Assembly (NCBI GenBank): GCA_903936775.1
Contig: CAIZWU010000181.1
Coordinates: 163-64,162 of the forward strand
DNA length: 64,000 nucleotides
Reading direction: 5' to 3'
Source of the DNA: an uncultured bacterium
GTDB taxonomy: Bacteria > Verrucomicrobiota > Verrucomicrobiia > Verrucomicrobiales > V1-33
Below the pieces are notes generated by a model that made no database searches, was not told the DNA's origin, and was given only the letters and a program-made list of their open reading frames with translations. Each line of letters begins with the position of its first letter. Within the stretch, counting starts at the first letter, position 1. The position numbers and the translations under genes are program-made. This document shows positions 8,367 through 19,400 of the stretch, piece after piece.

Positions 8367-10085
8367 TCACTCGAAACGGGCTTCCGTGAAGTCGATTTGG
8401 TAAATCATGCCTTCGTAACCGATGGCGTAAAGACGCCCCGCCTCATCCTCGCTGAAGGAAACGACCCGTTGCGGCACGGTGCCGATCTCGCGCGCCGTTT
8501 TCAAAATACCGTTTTCCAGCGTCAGCCCGAAGAGACGCCTGGACGTGAAATCCGCGCAAACATAAACGCCATAAAAGGACGAGTTTTTATCGCCGCGGTA
8601 AACCTGTCCCCCAGTAATCGAATTGCCGTATTTACGCCGGTAAGCAAAAACGGGTTTGGCGAACGTCCCGCCCTCTTTCCGGAACTGGTTGGAAAAGGGT
8701 TCAAATCCTTCGAACACATTCCAGCCATAGTTTTCCCCGCGACGGATAATGTCCACCTCCTCCACCCGGTCCTGACCTACATCGGCCAGCCACAGATCGC
8801 CGGTGAGGCGGTCGAAGCAGAAACGCCAGGGATTGCGCAGCCCATACGCCCAGATTTCCGGCCTCACCCCGGGTTGGCCGGTGAAGGGGTTATCCTTCGG
8901 AATCGCATAAGCCAAGCCGGCTTCGGTGTGGTCCACATCAATGCGCATCATTTTGCCCAGCAAGAGCTGGAGATTCTGAGCGTGCCCGTTAGGATCGTTA
9001 TGGGGTCCAGTATCCCCCATCACGATGTAGAGGAAGCCATCCGGCCCAAATAAAAGACAGCCGCCGCTGTGATCCTCGGCCACACTGGCGATCTTCAGGA
9101 TCAGGCGGGCTGCTTGGCCGGAGTCACCTTTGAATTCCGCATCGAACTGCTTTTCCACGATGTGGGTGGTGACTTTTCCCTCCTCCAGAACCTGGTAAAA
9201 GAGATAATACTTCCGGTTCTCCCGGAACTTCGGATGAAACGTCATGTCGAGCAATCCATTTGGCCCACGCTCACTGAAAACTTCCGCCGGGAGATCGGCA
9301 AACAGCGTTTTCTCCTCACCGGTGGCCGTTTTTTCCACCCTCCAGATCATTCCTTTTTGATGCAGGACGAAAAAGACATTCCCGGATCCGGGGAGTTGAT
9401 GAAGAGAAGTCAGGCCGCTCTTCACCTTGGAACTGGGAAGGTTGAATTCGGTGGTAAAGAACGGCTGGACCTTCACCTGTTTGGCCAGTTGCGGGAGGTC
9501 ACGGGGCATCCCGTGATCGCTCACAAGAGTGGATTCCGCCTGCTTCAAGGTGGTCAGGTATTCAATGACGTCGTTGAATTCCTGCACCGTGAGATTCGCA
9601 TGGAGCCCCTCCGGCATCAACGAAAGGGGGAGTCCCGATTGTGCTTTGATCTCGGCGATTGCGATTGAAACCAACGTTCCGTCGACTCCCATCAGCTGCA
9701 GTCCGGCGTCTGTTTTCTGTTTCAGAGTCCCTTGAAACAGGGCTCCTGCTTTCGTTTCCACCACGACGGTGCCGTAGCCCGGAGCGATGGTTGAAGAGGG
9801 ATGGAGCACCGCTTCCACGAGATCGCGCCGCCCGAAGGCGTCCCCGGCCGCGAACAGATCTGGACCGGCCTTGCCCGCGCTGCCATCCACCGAATGGCAG
9901 CTGGCGCAGATCAGCTTGGGGTCGTTGAAAAGTTCCCTGCCACGCCCGGCATCTCCCTCGTGGGTGAGCGCATGCTTGCGGTAGGCTTCCAAGTCCGGGA
10001 CCTCGGCGGATGCGGCCAGTCCGGCTATTCCCACAAAGGCCAAGAGCAGAGGAACAACGGGGAGAGAGCAGCGCGGGACTTTCAT
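8367..10085 (-). CDS. PQQ-dependent sugar dehydrogenase (sorbosone/glucose dehydrogenase family) with an N-terminal cytochrome c domain
   Basis: Signal peptide, heme motif CASCHS, then beta-propeller motifs HSGGCLLFGPDGFLYIVMGD, NAHAQN-like GHAQNLQ, and YGLRNPWRFCFD. Confidence 0.8.
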   Translation of the reverse strand: MKVPRCSLPVVPLLLAFVGIAGLAASAEVPDLEAYRKHALTHEGDAGRGRELFNDPKLICASCHSVDGSAGKAGPDLFAAGDAFGRRDLVEAVLHPSSTIAPGYGTVVVETKAGALFQGTLKQKTDAGLQLMGVDGTLVSIAIAEIKAQSGLPLSLMPEGLHANLTVQEFNDVIEYLTTLKQAESTLVSDHGMPRDLPQLAKQVKVQPFFTTEFNLPSSKVKSGLTSLHQLPGSGNVFFVLHQKGMIWRVEKTATGEEKTLFADLPAEVFSERGPNGLLDMTFHPKFRENRKYYLFYQVLEEGKVTTHIVEKQFDAEFKGDSGQAARLILKIASVAEDHSGGCLLFGPDGFLYIVMGDTGPHNDPNGHAQNLQLLLGKMMRIDVDHTEAGLAYAIPKDNPFTGQPGVRPEIWAYGLRNPWRFCFDRLTGDLWLADVGQDRVEEVDIIRRGENYGWNVFEGFEPFSNQFRKEGGTFAKPVFAYRRKYGNSITGGQVYRGDKNSSFYGVYVCADFTSRRLFGLTLENGILKTAREIGTVPQRVVSFSEDEAGRLYAIGYEGMIYQIDFTEARFE

Positions 10086-10224
10086 GGAACTCCTTAAAGG
10101 GGGAATTCGGCCATGGACTTGTCAACACCCCAAACCACGCCGATGGGAGTATCCGTGCGGCCTATTAACTTAGGTGCCTCCAAATGACCAGAGAAGCGGC
10201 AGAACAACCAGCCGCTGTGCCTGC

Positions 10225-10656
10225 ATGAAAATGAGACTCCAATTCCAAGGCAAAATCATCCCAAGCCCAGGGTGTGGCGTCCGGCGGGCTGTATTTTGTT
10301 TTGCCCTCAGCAGCGGCGCCCTGACCGCCGCAGCATTCACGCCGGCGGATGCGGACACCATGTTCGAAGCCCACCACAAAGCCTTTTACGAAAAGAAGGA
10401 CGGACACGGCTGGTTCAATGAGTCCACGGAAAGAGGCGAGATCTCCTACTGGATGCGTGCGGGGCAACTGAAAATGGTGCTGGATGCCTGCGAACGCCCC
10501 AAAAACGCGGAGCCGAGGGCGATTTCACCGGACCTCCGACAATCTGAGCTGGCCACAGCCCACTCCGGAGGGAGTGCGGCATTCCTGGGGATCTCCCAGC
10601 CCGGTGGTGCTATTGCAGGTCACGCCACCGCAGGATCCGGCCAGACCGGAAAATGA
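10225..10656 (+). CDS. Hypothetical protein, possibly a truncated remnant of a secreted glycosidase
   Basis: Signal-like N-terminus. The first ~90 aa (FEAHHKAFYEKKDGHGWFNES..ISYWMRAGQLKMVLDA) look like the start of an alpha/alpha-barrel glycosidase (GH76-like, from weak recollection). The rest looks like non-protein-like GC-rich read-through. Confidence 0.3.
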   Translation: MKMRLQFQGKIIPSPGCGVRRAVFCFALSSGALTAAAFTPADADTMFEAHHKAFYEKKDGHGWFNESTERGEISYWMRAGQLKMVLDACERPKNAEPRAISPDLRQSELATAHSGGSAAFLGISQPGGAIAGHATAGSGQTGK

Positions 10657-10710
10657 TCCGTGAGACATCTGCCGACGAAGCGTTCTAAAAGATAAAACCC
10701 GGCCACTCCC

Positions 10711-12888
10711 ATGATCCGAAGAAATCCATACCAGACGATGATCGGGATCCTTTGCGTCCTCTACTTCATTTCCGTGGGAGAGGCCGCGCTGCCGAAGCCG
10801 AAGAAAAAAACCGGAACTGAGGTCTGGTGGTCGCTGAAACCGGTCGTGCGGCCTGACGTGCCAGACGGTCCGGAAACCAATCCGATTGATCGTTTTATCC
10901 ACGCGGAAATCAAAAATCGCGGACTCAAAGCCGTGGGGGCGGCGGACAGGTTATCGCTGCTGCGCCGCGTCCATCTGGACCTGATTGGGATTCCACCTTC
11001 GCCGGCGGAGCAGGAAGCGTTTCTGGCGGATGACCCGGCAGAAGCTTACGAAAAAGTGGTGGATCGACTACTGGCAGATGAGCAGCACGCGGTCCGTTAT
11101 GCCAGGCATTGGCTGGACGTGTTGCGTTATGCGGATGAGGACGAGCGGATGACCGCCGCGCCGGGAATTTATTTGTGGCGGGATTGGGTCATCAACGCCC
11201 TGCACGACGACGTGCCCTACGACCAATTTGTGCAGCTTCAACTGACCGGGCGCCGAGCCCACGAGCGCACGCAAATGTCGGCCACGGGAGTTCGTTCCCG
11301 CAAGGAACCCCGGCCGGGGGATCAGTTTGCCCTCGGATTCCTCGCACGGGGCACGGGCGAAAATCCCCAGGATCTCGCGATCTCTGCCGTGGATACCGTT
11401 TCCACGGCTTTCATGGGCATGACGGTGGGTTGTGCAAAATGCCACGACCACCTGATGGACCCGATTCTTCAAAAGGATTTTTACGCCATGAAGGCGTTGT
11501 TTGATCCGTTGGTCCTGCGCAAAATCACTCTCGCCAGCGCGGCGGAGTTGATCGCGAGCGGCAAGGCGATGGCGGAAGCAGAGAAAAAACGGGCTCCTCT
11601 CGAAAAGGCGGTGAACGATTTTGCCGCGCACTATAGAACAAAACTTTACGAGGAGCGGGTGTTGATGCTGCCCCCCGAAGCGCAGGCGGTCATCCGAAAG
11701 CCGGAAAAACAGCGGTCCGTTGAGGAACAGAAAATTGCCGATGATTATTTCCCCATCCTGCGCATTGACGGCGACAAACTGACGGAATCCATGCCGGAAG
11801 CAGCGCGCCGGCGGTATCAGGAATTGCAGCGCCAACTGAGTGATCAAGGTGGCGCGCAGAATGGGCGTGGGCCGGTGATTCCAGTTTTCCACACCGTGGA
11901 AGTGGATCGTCTGCGCGAGCAGGAGAAAAGTTATATCCTCACCAGCGGCGATCCTTTGCGGCCCGAATTGGATCGTGAGGTCAAGCCGGGCTGGCCCTTT
12001 GCCAAAGAGGAACCGGATTTCCGTGACGGGCGCATTGAGGCCTTCGCTGACTGGCTCACGTCCCCGGAAAACCCGCTGTTCGCCCGGGTGGCAGTGAACC
12101 GTTTATGGCAATGGCACTTTGGCGAAGGGCTGCTGAAGAGCGCTAGCGATTTCGGCGAGTTTGGCGGCCTGCCGTCACACCCGGCGCTGCTGGACTGGCT
12201 GGCGGCAGAGTTTGTGCAGGGTGGATTCAGCATGAAACAATTGCACCGGCTGATGGTCACCTCGGAGGCTTACCAGCGGGCCTCGGAGGCAGGTGAAACC
12301 TTTGCGGAGAGCCAAAGAATTGATCCGGGCAATACCACATTGTGGCACTTCCGGCTGCAACGACTGGCCGCGGAGCCGGTTTGGGATTCCATGCACGCCG
12401 CGGCCGGCGGGCTGGATTTGAAAGTGGGGGGACCGTCCTTCAGCCCCGAAGGAGGCGGCGGAAACCGTCGCCGCACCGAATCGGGAATTGAGGTGAATCC
12501 GGGAGCAAAACGGCGCGGAGCCTATCTGATCCGCGGCTATTCGCCCAGCCGCGAGGTCACGCCGGATTTTCTGCAGGCCTTTGATGTGGACGATGGCCGC
12601 GCGCCCTGCCCGGTGCGCCCCCAGACGGTCACGGCTCCGCAAGCGTTGTTTTTGATGAACAGCCCCGAAGTGGATAAAGCATGCGGAGCCCTCGCCTCCC
12701 GCCTGCAAAAGGAATCCGCGGGTGACCTGCCCTCGGCGGTGGAGCTTGCTTACCGGATGACCCTCGCCCGCCCGCCCTCGGGGACGGAGAAAACCAACGC
12801 CCTCACCTATTTGGAAAATGACGCGGCGCGGCTGAAGGAGTTGTCGTGGCTGCTCTTCAACCTTGATGAATTTATTTATGTCAGGTAA
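10711..12888 (+). CDS. DUF1549/DUF1553 (PSCyt2/PSD1) domain protein
   Basis: LDLIGIPPSPAEQEAF (DUF1549), CAKCHDH, and a DUF1553-type C-terminus ending LSWLLFNLDEFIYVR. It is followed by its usual DUF1501 partner. Confidence 0.85.
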   Translation: MIRRNPYQTMIGILCVLYFISVGEAALPKPKKKTGTEVWWSLKPVVRPDVPDGPETNPIDRFIHAEIKNRGLKAVGAADRLSLLRRVHLDLIGIPPSPAEQEAFLADDPAEAYEKVVDRLLADEQHAVRYARHWLDVLRYADEDERMTAAPGIYLWRDWVINALHDDVPYDQFVQLQLTGRRAHERTQMSATGVRSRKEPRPGDQFALGFLARGTGENPQDLAISAVDTVSTAFMGMTVGCAKCHDHLMDPILQKDFYAMKALFDPLVLRKITLASAAELIASGKAMAEAEKKRAPLEKAVNDFAAHYRTKLYEERVLMLPPEAQAVIRKPEKQRSVEEQKIADDYFPILRIDGDKLTESMPEAARRRYQELQRQLSDQGGAQNGRGPVIPVFHTVEVDRLREQEKSYILTSGDPLRPELDREVKPGWPFAKEEPDFRDGRIEAFADWLTSPENPLFARVAVNRLWQWHFGEGLLKSASDFGEFGGLPSHPALLDWLAAEFVQGGFSMKQLHRLMVTSEAYQRASEAGETFAESQRIDPGNTTLWHFRLQRLAAEPVWDSMHAAAGGLDLKVGGPSFSPEGGGGNRRRTESGIEVNPGAKRRGAYLIRGYSPSREVTPDFLQAFDVDDGRAPCPVRPQTVTAPQALFLMNSPEVDKACGALASRLQKESAGDLPSAVELAYRMTLARPPSGTEKTNALTYLENDAARLKELSWLLFNLDEFIYVR

Positions 12889-14281
12889 TCCCCCCACTTC
12901 CACGATCTATCCCTGCGGCCGCATCGCCCGGCGTGATTTTATCCACCAGATCGGCGGGGGATTCCTTGGACTCGCCCTCGGCGGGCTGTGGGCGGAAGCC
13001 GGCGAAATCAAGGAAGTTGCCCTCGGTCCGCATCATGTGGCCAAGGCCAAGTCCGTGATTTTCCTGTTCATGTGCGGAGGGGTCAGCCACATCGACACCT
13101 TCGACCCCAAGGACAACAAGTGGGCCGGAAAATTCATCGACGCGGTCGGATTTGGCGACAACCAGGCCGCCATGAAACGGCCGGTGATTCCCTGCCTGCG
13201 CACCTTCACGCGTCACGGCAAATCGGGCATTCCGGTATCGGATTGGTTTCCCCATGTTGGCGGCGTGATCGACGAAATCGCCGTGGTGCGCTCGATGTGG
13301 TGCCACGAAGGGAACCATTTTCCCGCCGTGATCGAAACCCAAACCGGGCACCGAGGGAGGGCTTTTGACCACCCGGCGTTCGGCAGTTGGGTCTCCTATG
13401 CGCTGGGCAGCGCCAACAAAAATCTGCCGACTTTTGTCAATCTCGGGCGGCCCTCCTCACCAATCCAACTGACCGGCGGCTACCTCGGTGCGTCCGCGGC
13501 GGCGACTCCCTTCCAAGCCGGTGAAACGCCCATACCCCATCTTCACCCGCCCCGTGGCGGATCGGCGGCCGAACGCGAGCGGCAGATGCAGGTGCTGCAA
13601 ACCATGAGCCAGGAATTCCGTGAACGTTATGCAGTCAATTCCGATATCCAGGCGCGGGCGCAGGCTTACGAACTGGCCGCACGCATGCAGGTCTCCGCTC
13701 CTGAGGTTGTAGATTTTTCGTACGAGCCCGATCATGTAAAGGCCCTTTACGGCATTGATGAAAAGGAAACGGAGGAGTTCGGCAAACAACTGCTACTGGC
13801 GCGGCGACTGGCCGAAAAAGGCGTCCGTTTCATCCAAATTTGCCACGCCGGCGGCGGCAATGGCGCGTGGGATTCGCACGGCGACATGAAGACCCACGGC
13901 CCCCTTTGCCGCGCCACGGACAAACCGATTGCCGGATTGATCCGCGACTTGAAACAACGCGGCATGCTCGAAGAAACGCTGGTGGTCTGGACGAGTGAAT
14001 TCGGGCGCACGCCATGGTCGCAGAACACCACCGGCCGTGATCACAATCCCAAAGGCTACAGCTCATGGATGGCTGGCGGTGGCATCAAAGGCGGCGTGAT
14101 CCACGGCGGCACGGATGAGGTGGGCTACAAGGCCGTCGATTCCCCGCATTACTGCAGCGACCTGCACGCCACCATTCTGCACCAACTCGGCCTCAACCAT
14201 CACAAAATGGAAATCCAGACGCTCGGCCGGACGATGCGGCTGATTGAGGACGGCAGCCCGATCCGGTCCATTCTGGCGTGA
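12866..14281 (+). CDS. DUF1501 domain protein (sulfatase-fold, Tat-signal)
   Basis: Twin-arginine leader (ARRDFIHQIGGGFLGLALGG), then FLFMCGGVSHIDTFDPK and WDSHGD ... GRDHNPKGYSSWMAGGG. It overlaps the upstream gene stop. The ATG at 12878 is an alternative start. Confidence 0.85.
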   Translation: MNLFMSGNPPTSTIYPCGRIARRDFIHQIGGGFLGLALGGLWAEAGEIKEVALGPHHVAKAKSVIFLFMCGGVSHIDTFDPKDNKWAGKFIDAVGFGDNQAAMKRPVIPCLRTFTRHGKSGIPVSDWFPHVGGVIDEIAVVRSMWCHEGNHFPAVIETQTGHRGRAFDHPAFGSWVSYALGSANKNLPTFVNLGRPSSPIQLTGGYLGASAAATPFQAGETPIPHLHPPRGGSAAERERQMQVLQTMSQEFRERYAVNSDIQARAQAYELAARMQVSAPEVVDFSYEPDHVKALYGIDEKETEEFGKQLLLARRLAEKGVRFIQICHAGGGNGAWDSHGDMKTHGPLCRATDKPIAGLIRDLKQRGMLEETLVVWTSEFGRTPWSQNTTGRDHNPKGYSSWMAGGGIKGGVIHGGTDEVGYKAVDSPHYCSDLHATILHQLGLNHHKMEIQTLGRTMRLIEDGSPIRSILA

Positions 14282-14339
14282 CGCCAGGATTTACGCCATG
14301 AAAGCTTGTTCCCCCATTCCTTCCAGCTACGCTTCCACC

Positions 14340-15236
14340 ATGAAATCCCTGCCTGTTTTTCTCTCTGCTCTCCTTGCCCTGAGCTGCGCGGCCCCTGCCG
14401 CTGAAACCAGCCTCATCGCTGAGGGAGCCAAAGTTGAACTGTTGAGCGAGGGTTACCTCTTTACGGAGGGCCCCGCGGTGGACCGGGATGGCAATGTGTT
14501 TTTCACTGACCAACCCAACGACCGCATCGTCAAATACAACGCCGCGGATGGGTCATTTTCCGACTGGCTCAAACCGGCAGGCCGCAGCAATGGCACCCGT
14601 TTCGACCACACGGGAAATCTGATTGCCTGCGCCGACGGCGAAAACCAGCTCTGGTCCATCGCTCCTGACAAAACAGTCACGGTACTGATCCGCGACTTCG
14701 GCGGCAAGCTGCTGAATGGCCCGAATGACCTCTGGATCCGCCCTGACGGAAATCTTTATTTCACCGATCCGCTCTACCAACGGAACTACTGGCAGCGCGA
14801 CAAGGCCATGCAGCAGCCGGGGAAATACGTCTATTATTTCGACACCAAAAAGAAGACGGCGACCCCCGTGGCACTGGACCTGAAAGAGCCCAACGGCATC
14901 ATCGGCACTCCCGACGGAAAGCTGCTCTACGTTTCCGACATCGGGTCCCGCAAAACCTATTCATACTCGATCAATCCCGATGGCACCCTCACCAACAAAA
15001 CCCTCTTCTGTGAACTGGGTTCTGACGGCATGACGATCGATGCCGAAGGAAACGTTTATCTGACCGGGAGAGGCGTCACTGTCTTCAACAAGGCCGGCAA
15101 GATGCTCACCAACATTCCGATTCCCGAGCCCTGGACCGGCAACGTGACCTTCGCGGGCAAAGACCGTGATTTGCTGTTCATCACGGCAAGTAAAAAGGTC
15201 TTCGGCGTGAAAATGCGGGTGAAGGGTGCCTACTGA
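14340..15236 (+). CDS. SMP-30/gluconolactonase/LRE family protein (secreted)
   Basis: Signal peptide MKSLPVFLSALLALSCAAPA. Six-bladed propeller motifs are present: EGPAVDRDGNVFFTD, NDLWIRPDGNLYFTDP, PNGIIGTPDGKLLYVSD. Confidence 0.8.
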   Translation: MKSLPVFLSALLALSCAAPAAETSLIAEGAKVELLSEGYLFTEGPAVDRDGNVFFTDQPNDRIVKYNAADGSFSDWLKPAGRSNGTRFDHTGNLIACADGENQLWSIAPDKTVTVLIRDFGGKLLNGPNDLWIRPDGNLYFTDPLYQRNYWQRDKAMQQPGKYVYYFDTKKKTATPVALDLKEPNGIIGTPDGKLLYVSDIGSRKTYSYSINPDGTLTNKTLFCELGSDGMTIDAEGNVYLTGRGVTVFNKAGKMLTNIPIPEPWTGNVTFAGKDRDLLFITASKKVFGVKMRVKGAY

Positions 15237-15244
15237 AGCCCACC

Positions 15245-16342
15245 ATGAAGGTTTCCCGTATACCCAGGTCCTTCCGGCAAGCCGCACTCCTTGGCGTGGT
15301 GGCGGCAGTCCTCGAGGGATCAGCCGAGGCTCAGACTTTGAAACGGCTTGAGCAGGCGGAGTTTGGAAAAGCCCAGGACGGCTCGGTGGTGAAGCTGATC
15401 ACCCTGCGGAATGCCAAAGGCATGAGTGCCGAAATCATCACCTACGGGGCGATCATCAAGCAGCTTCAGGCTCCAGACCGCGGGGGAAAGTTCACCAACA
15501 TTCTGCTCACGACGGACAGCCTGGGAAAATTCGAGCGTTTCAACGGCGCAGCGGCCATCATTGGCCGCGTGGTCAACCGGATCAGAGGCGCTCAATTTGA
15601 ACTGGATGGAACGACCTATCCATTGACGGTGAACGAAAAGAAAAACTCGATTCACGGCGGGCGCAAAGGGTTCGCCCAATCGGTGTGGACGGTCGAGGCC
15701 GCTCTGGCCAAGGAGCACGAATCATCCGTGAAGCTGACCTGGCTGAGCAAGGATGGCGAGGAAGGATTCCCGGGCAATCTGAAGACATCCGTGACTTATT
15801 CCCTGACGGATCACAACGAACTCCGGCTCGATTATCACGCCGAAACCGACAGGCCCACCATCGCCAACCTGACCAACCACGCGTATTGGAATCTGGCGGG
15901 CGGAGGGAGCTGTCTCGATCACATTTTGTGGATTCCGGCGCAAAGTTACACCCCCACAGATGCGGATTTGATTCCCTCTGGAGAGATCCTGCCTCTCAAA
16001 GGCACGCTGATGGATTTCAACGAACCGACCCGCATCGGCGACCGCATCAGGCAATTGAAGCCGGATCTGAACGGCTATGATCACAACTTAGTCCTGGCCG
16101 GGGGCAAATCCTTGAAACTGGCGGCACGGCTGACCGAACCCAAAAGCGGCCGGATCATGGAGGTAAAGACCACCCAGCCAGCGGTGCAACTTTACACGGG
16201 GAATCACATGGATCACACCGCGGTTTGTCTGGAAACGCAGCATTTTCCCGACGCCATCCACCATAAAAACTTCCCCTCGATCGTGGTCCGTCCGGGGACA
16301 CCTTTGCAGGAGACCACGATGTTCACCTTCCTGACACAGTAA
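15245..16342 (+). CDS. galM: Aldose 1-epimerase (galactose mutarotase), secreted
   Basis: IHGGRKGF, EEGFPGNL, TNHAYWNL and CLETQHFPDA are the mutarotase catalytic His/Glu context. Confidence 0.85.
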   Translation: MKVSRIPRSFRQAALLGVVAAVLEGSAEAQTLKRLEQAEFGKAQDGSVVKLITLRNAKGMSAEIITYGAIIKQLQAPDRGGKFTNILLTTDSLGKFERFNGAAAIIGRVVNRIRGAQFELDGTTYPLTVNEKKNSIHGGRKGFAQSVWTVEAALAKEHESSVKLTWLSKDGEEGFPGNLKTSVTYSLTDHNELRLDYHAETDRPTIANLTNHAYWNLAGGGSCLDHILWIPAQSYTPTDADLIPSGEILPLKGTLMDFNEPTRIGDRIRQLKPDLNGYDHNLVLAGGKSLKLAARLTEPKSGRIMEVKTTQPAVQLYTGNHMDHTAVCLETQHFPDAIHHKNFPSIVVRPGTPLQETTMFTFLTQ

Positions 16343-16436
16343 AGTCCCACCGACTGGGGCGCGCGGAAGCTCCACCGTCGGCCTGTCAAGCACACGCCGG
16401 ACTGTCCCCGGCAATCCCCGGGAAACCAGCCGTGCT

Positions 16437-19400
16437 TCAGTGATTGAACAAGAACGCTGGGGTATTGATCAGTGCCCAAGTCAGATCCTGGGTGGCGGTG
16501 AGGCGTTGATTTGTGAGTTGGGCGGCGCTGAGATCGGTATCTTTGCGGAGTCGTTCCAACGAGGGATCCAGTGGCAATGGAAGTTCAGCGGTGGCGACTG
16601 CCGCTTTGCGTATGGTGATCTGCGGGTCCTGCGTGAACGGCTGACGGGCAGCGGCCAGGTCTGCGGCCAGTTTGGTGCGCTCTGCATCCCCGGACTTGAA
16701 GTAGTTGGTCAGGACGGCCAGCTGGTCAGGGGTGCGCTGGGGAGCGGCGATGGCGAGGATGGCGCCCACCTCAGCCGGCAATTTCAGAACCAGCGGACCC
16801 GTTTGACCGGTGATGCCCAGACGGAACCGGGCCATGGCGTGTTGGCCGTCCAAATAGTTGTGGTGGAGCCGGACGGTCAGGAGGCCACCAGTGGCCGGGG
16901 CGTTCATGCAGGTGAAAACCGCAGTCTGGGCTTCGCCGGTGCCGGGAGCAATACCCCAGCCATTGCCCGATTCGGCTGTCGCGTTGCCGTCGATCGCCGT
17001 TTTGATGTCATAGCCTTCCTGACTAAGCGTGGCGAGGGCTTCCGTGAATTTCAGGGGCTGGGCGGCCCCAGGTTTCCCATCAGTCAAGGGTGTGAGGCTG
17101 GCCTCGAATTCCGTTAGAACAAAGTTGCCGCCGGGACTGCGGCCCACTTTGTCCCCTTCCTTCAACGCCTCCAGCCGCAGACCGGTGATCGGTCCGGCCG
17201 GCACCGGCATGGTCAGGGTGTAAACGGTCTTGCCCTGGACCCCTGACACCAACACCGCGCGGTCCGGCTGCACGGTGAGAACCGCCGTGTTGGTGGATTC
17301 CGCTTTTTCAGGTTGGAGGAGGGTCCAGGTAGTCTGCCCGGCTTGTTGGGTTTCCCAGGCGGTGAGTTTGGCGGGCACCTGGGCATCGGAATCGGCCAAG
17401 GTTTTTTCCAGGGCGGCAACGCGTTCCTGCTGTTCCCTGGTCCGCAGGGCGAGCGCCGGGGCCAGCTCTGCGGCGGTCTTGTCCAGCTCTGCTTTAGCCT
17501 GGGCGATAGCGGCCTCCCGGGCTTTGGCCTTCTCCGCCATGGCCGGGGCAATTTCCGCGGCGCGCTGGTCGCGGGCGATCACCAAGGCAGTGTGCTCGGA
17601 ATCGATTTCCTTCAGCATGGCGAGGGCACTGGCGGCTTCCGGTTCGGATGCCGGACGGCTCAGGACCCGCATGAACACCTCGCCCACCAATTCCCGGTCA
17701 TCCGGGTGATCCGCCACCAGTTTCGCGAGCGCATTGCCGGAACCCGAGATGGCATCGCCCACCGTGGGGCCGGAAATCAGCGCCATGATCGGGCCGAGCT
17801 GCAGGTCGGTGCTGCGTTCGCACTCACAGGCACTCTCGCGGACGGGACGCCCCAGATTTGTCAGGAACCCATCCTTCAGTCCAATATTGCTATCCGGCAA
17901 TTGAGCGGCGCGGATGCCCTTGGCCACTCCCGGAATTTCCGGCGTGGTGCCGGTCACCTTGTAGATGGTATCCAGCAGAGTCTCAGCCGGCAGGCGGCGG
18001 GCGGCCGCATGGCTGAAGTTGGTTTTGTCATCCGCATTCCAACGGTTGGTTTGATGGGAGAGCTGATAGGTGCGGCTGCGGGCGATCAGGCGGATCACGT
18101 GCCGGAAATCAAACTGTTTGGCGATGAACTCCTGCGCCAGCCAATCCAGCAGTTCAGGATTCGAGGGAGGATTGCCGGCGCGGATGTCATCCAGCGGCTC
18201 AATCAGGCCCACCCCATTCAGATACCCCCACAAGCGGTTCACGAAACTGCGGGCGAAATAGGCATTGTCCGGACTGATGATCCAGGCCGCCAGTTTTTCC
18301 CGGCGGCTGGCGTTGTCCGGCACGGATGAGGTCGCCTGATAAGGAAAGACAGGGGGCGCCACCTGCCCGGTGCGGTCGTGTTTCACTTCTCCCTCATTCC
18401 GGTCCATCACTTTCTCAAACAGCGGCTTGGCCCCTTCCACGGCAGAACCCCCGATGTTCCGGTCCCCGCTGGCGGGATCGCGTTCCAGGGCGGTTTGGGC
18501 GAAAAAGGCGGAAAGTTGGTAATATTGATCCTGCGTCCAGCGCTCGAAGGGGTGGTCATGGCACTTGTTGCAGTTGAACCTCGTCGCAAGAAACAGGTGG
18601 GTGGTGTTTTCCATCAATTCCACCGGCTCACGCAGGATTTTGAAATAGGAGGCGGCCGGCGTGTCCTTGTTGGAACCGCTGGCCGTCAGGATGGATTTCA
18701 CAAATTGATCGTAAGGCACATTGCGGTCCACCTGGTCGCGCACCCAGTCGCGGAAACCCTTCGCCCCCTCAGCTCCGAGGAACTTGCTGTTCACCAGCAG
18801 CAGGTCGCTCCACTTGTTGGTCCAGTGATCCGTGAAATCCCCGGAAGCGATCAGTTGGTCGATCAGCTGTTCCCGTTTCCATCGCGAGTCGGAAGCATCC
18901 GCCATGAAGGCGCGGACCTGCTCCGGAGCCGGAGGCAGGCCGGTCAGGTCGAGATAGACGCGGCGGATGAATTCCAGATCCGTGCAGAGCGCCGATGACA
19001 GGGTTTTCATGCGCTCCAGCTTGGACGCCACAAATTCATCGATTTTATTATTGGCCGGCGGAGCCTGCCAGACAAATCCGCTGCGGTCCCCCATCACCGT
19101 GAGCACAGTGGAGGCATAACTGCCCTCGTAACGGGCCAGCACCGGGGCCTCGCCCCGGCGCAGTGCCGTGAGCAGACCCCCGAGTTTTTCGGCCTTGGCC
19201 ACGTCCATGTTGCCGGTTTCGACGAAGGCGTCCTGCGTGACATCGCGCACCCGGCCATCCGCATAGGTGGCGATCACCCGCATCTGCTGGCGGGATCCCT
19301 CCAACTGGATCACTGGGTTGGAGGGGGAAAGTGTAATCCCCGTGACACGGGGACTATCAAATTTCACGGTGGCCCCGGCTGCAATCCAAGCCTGCAGAAT

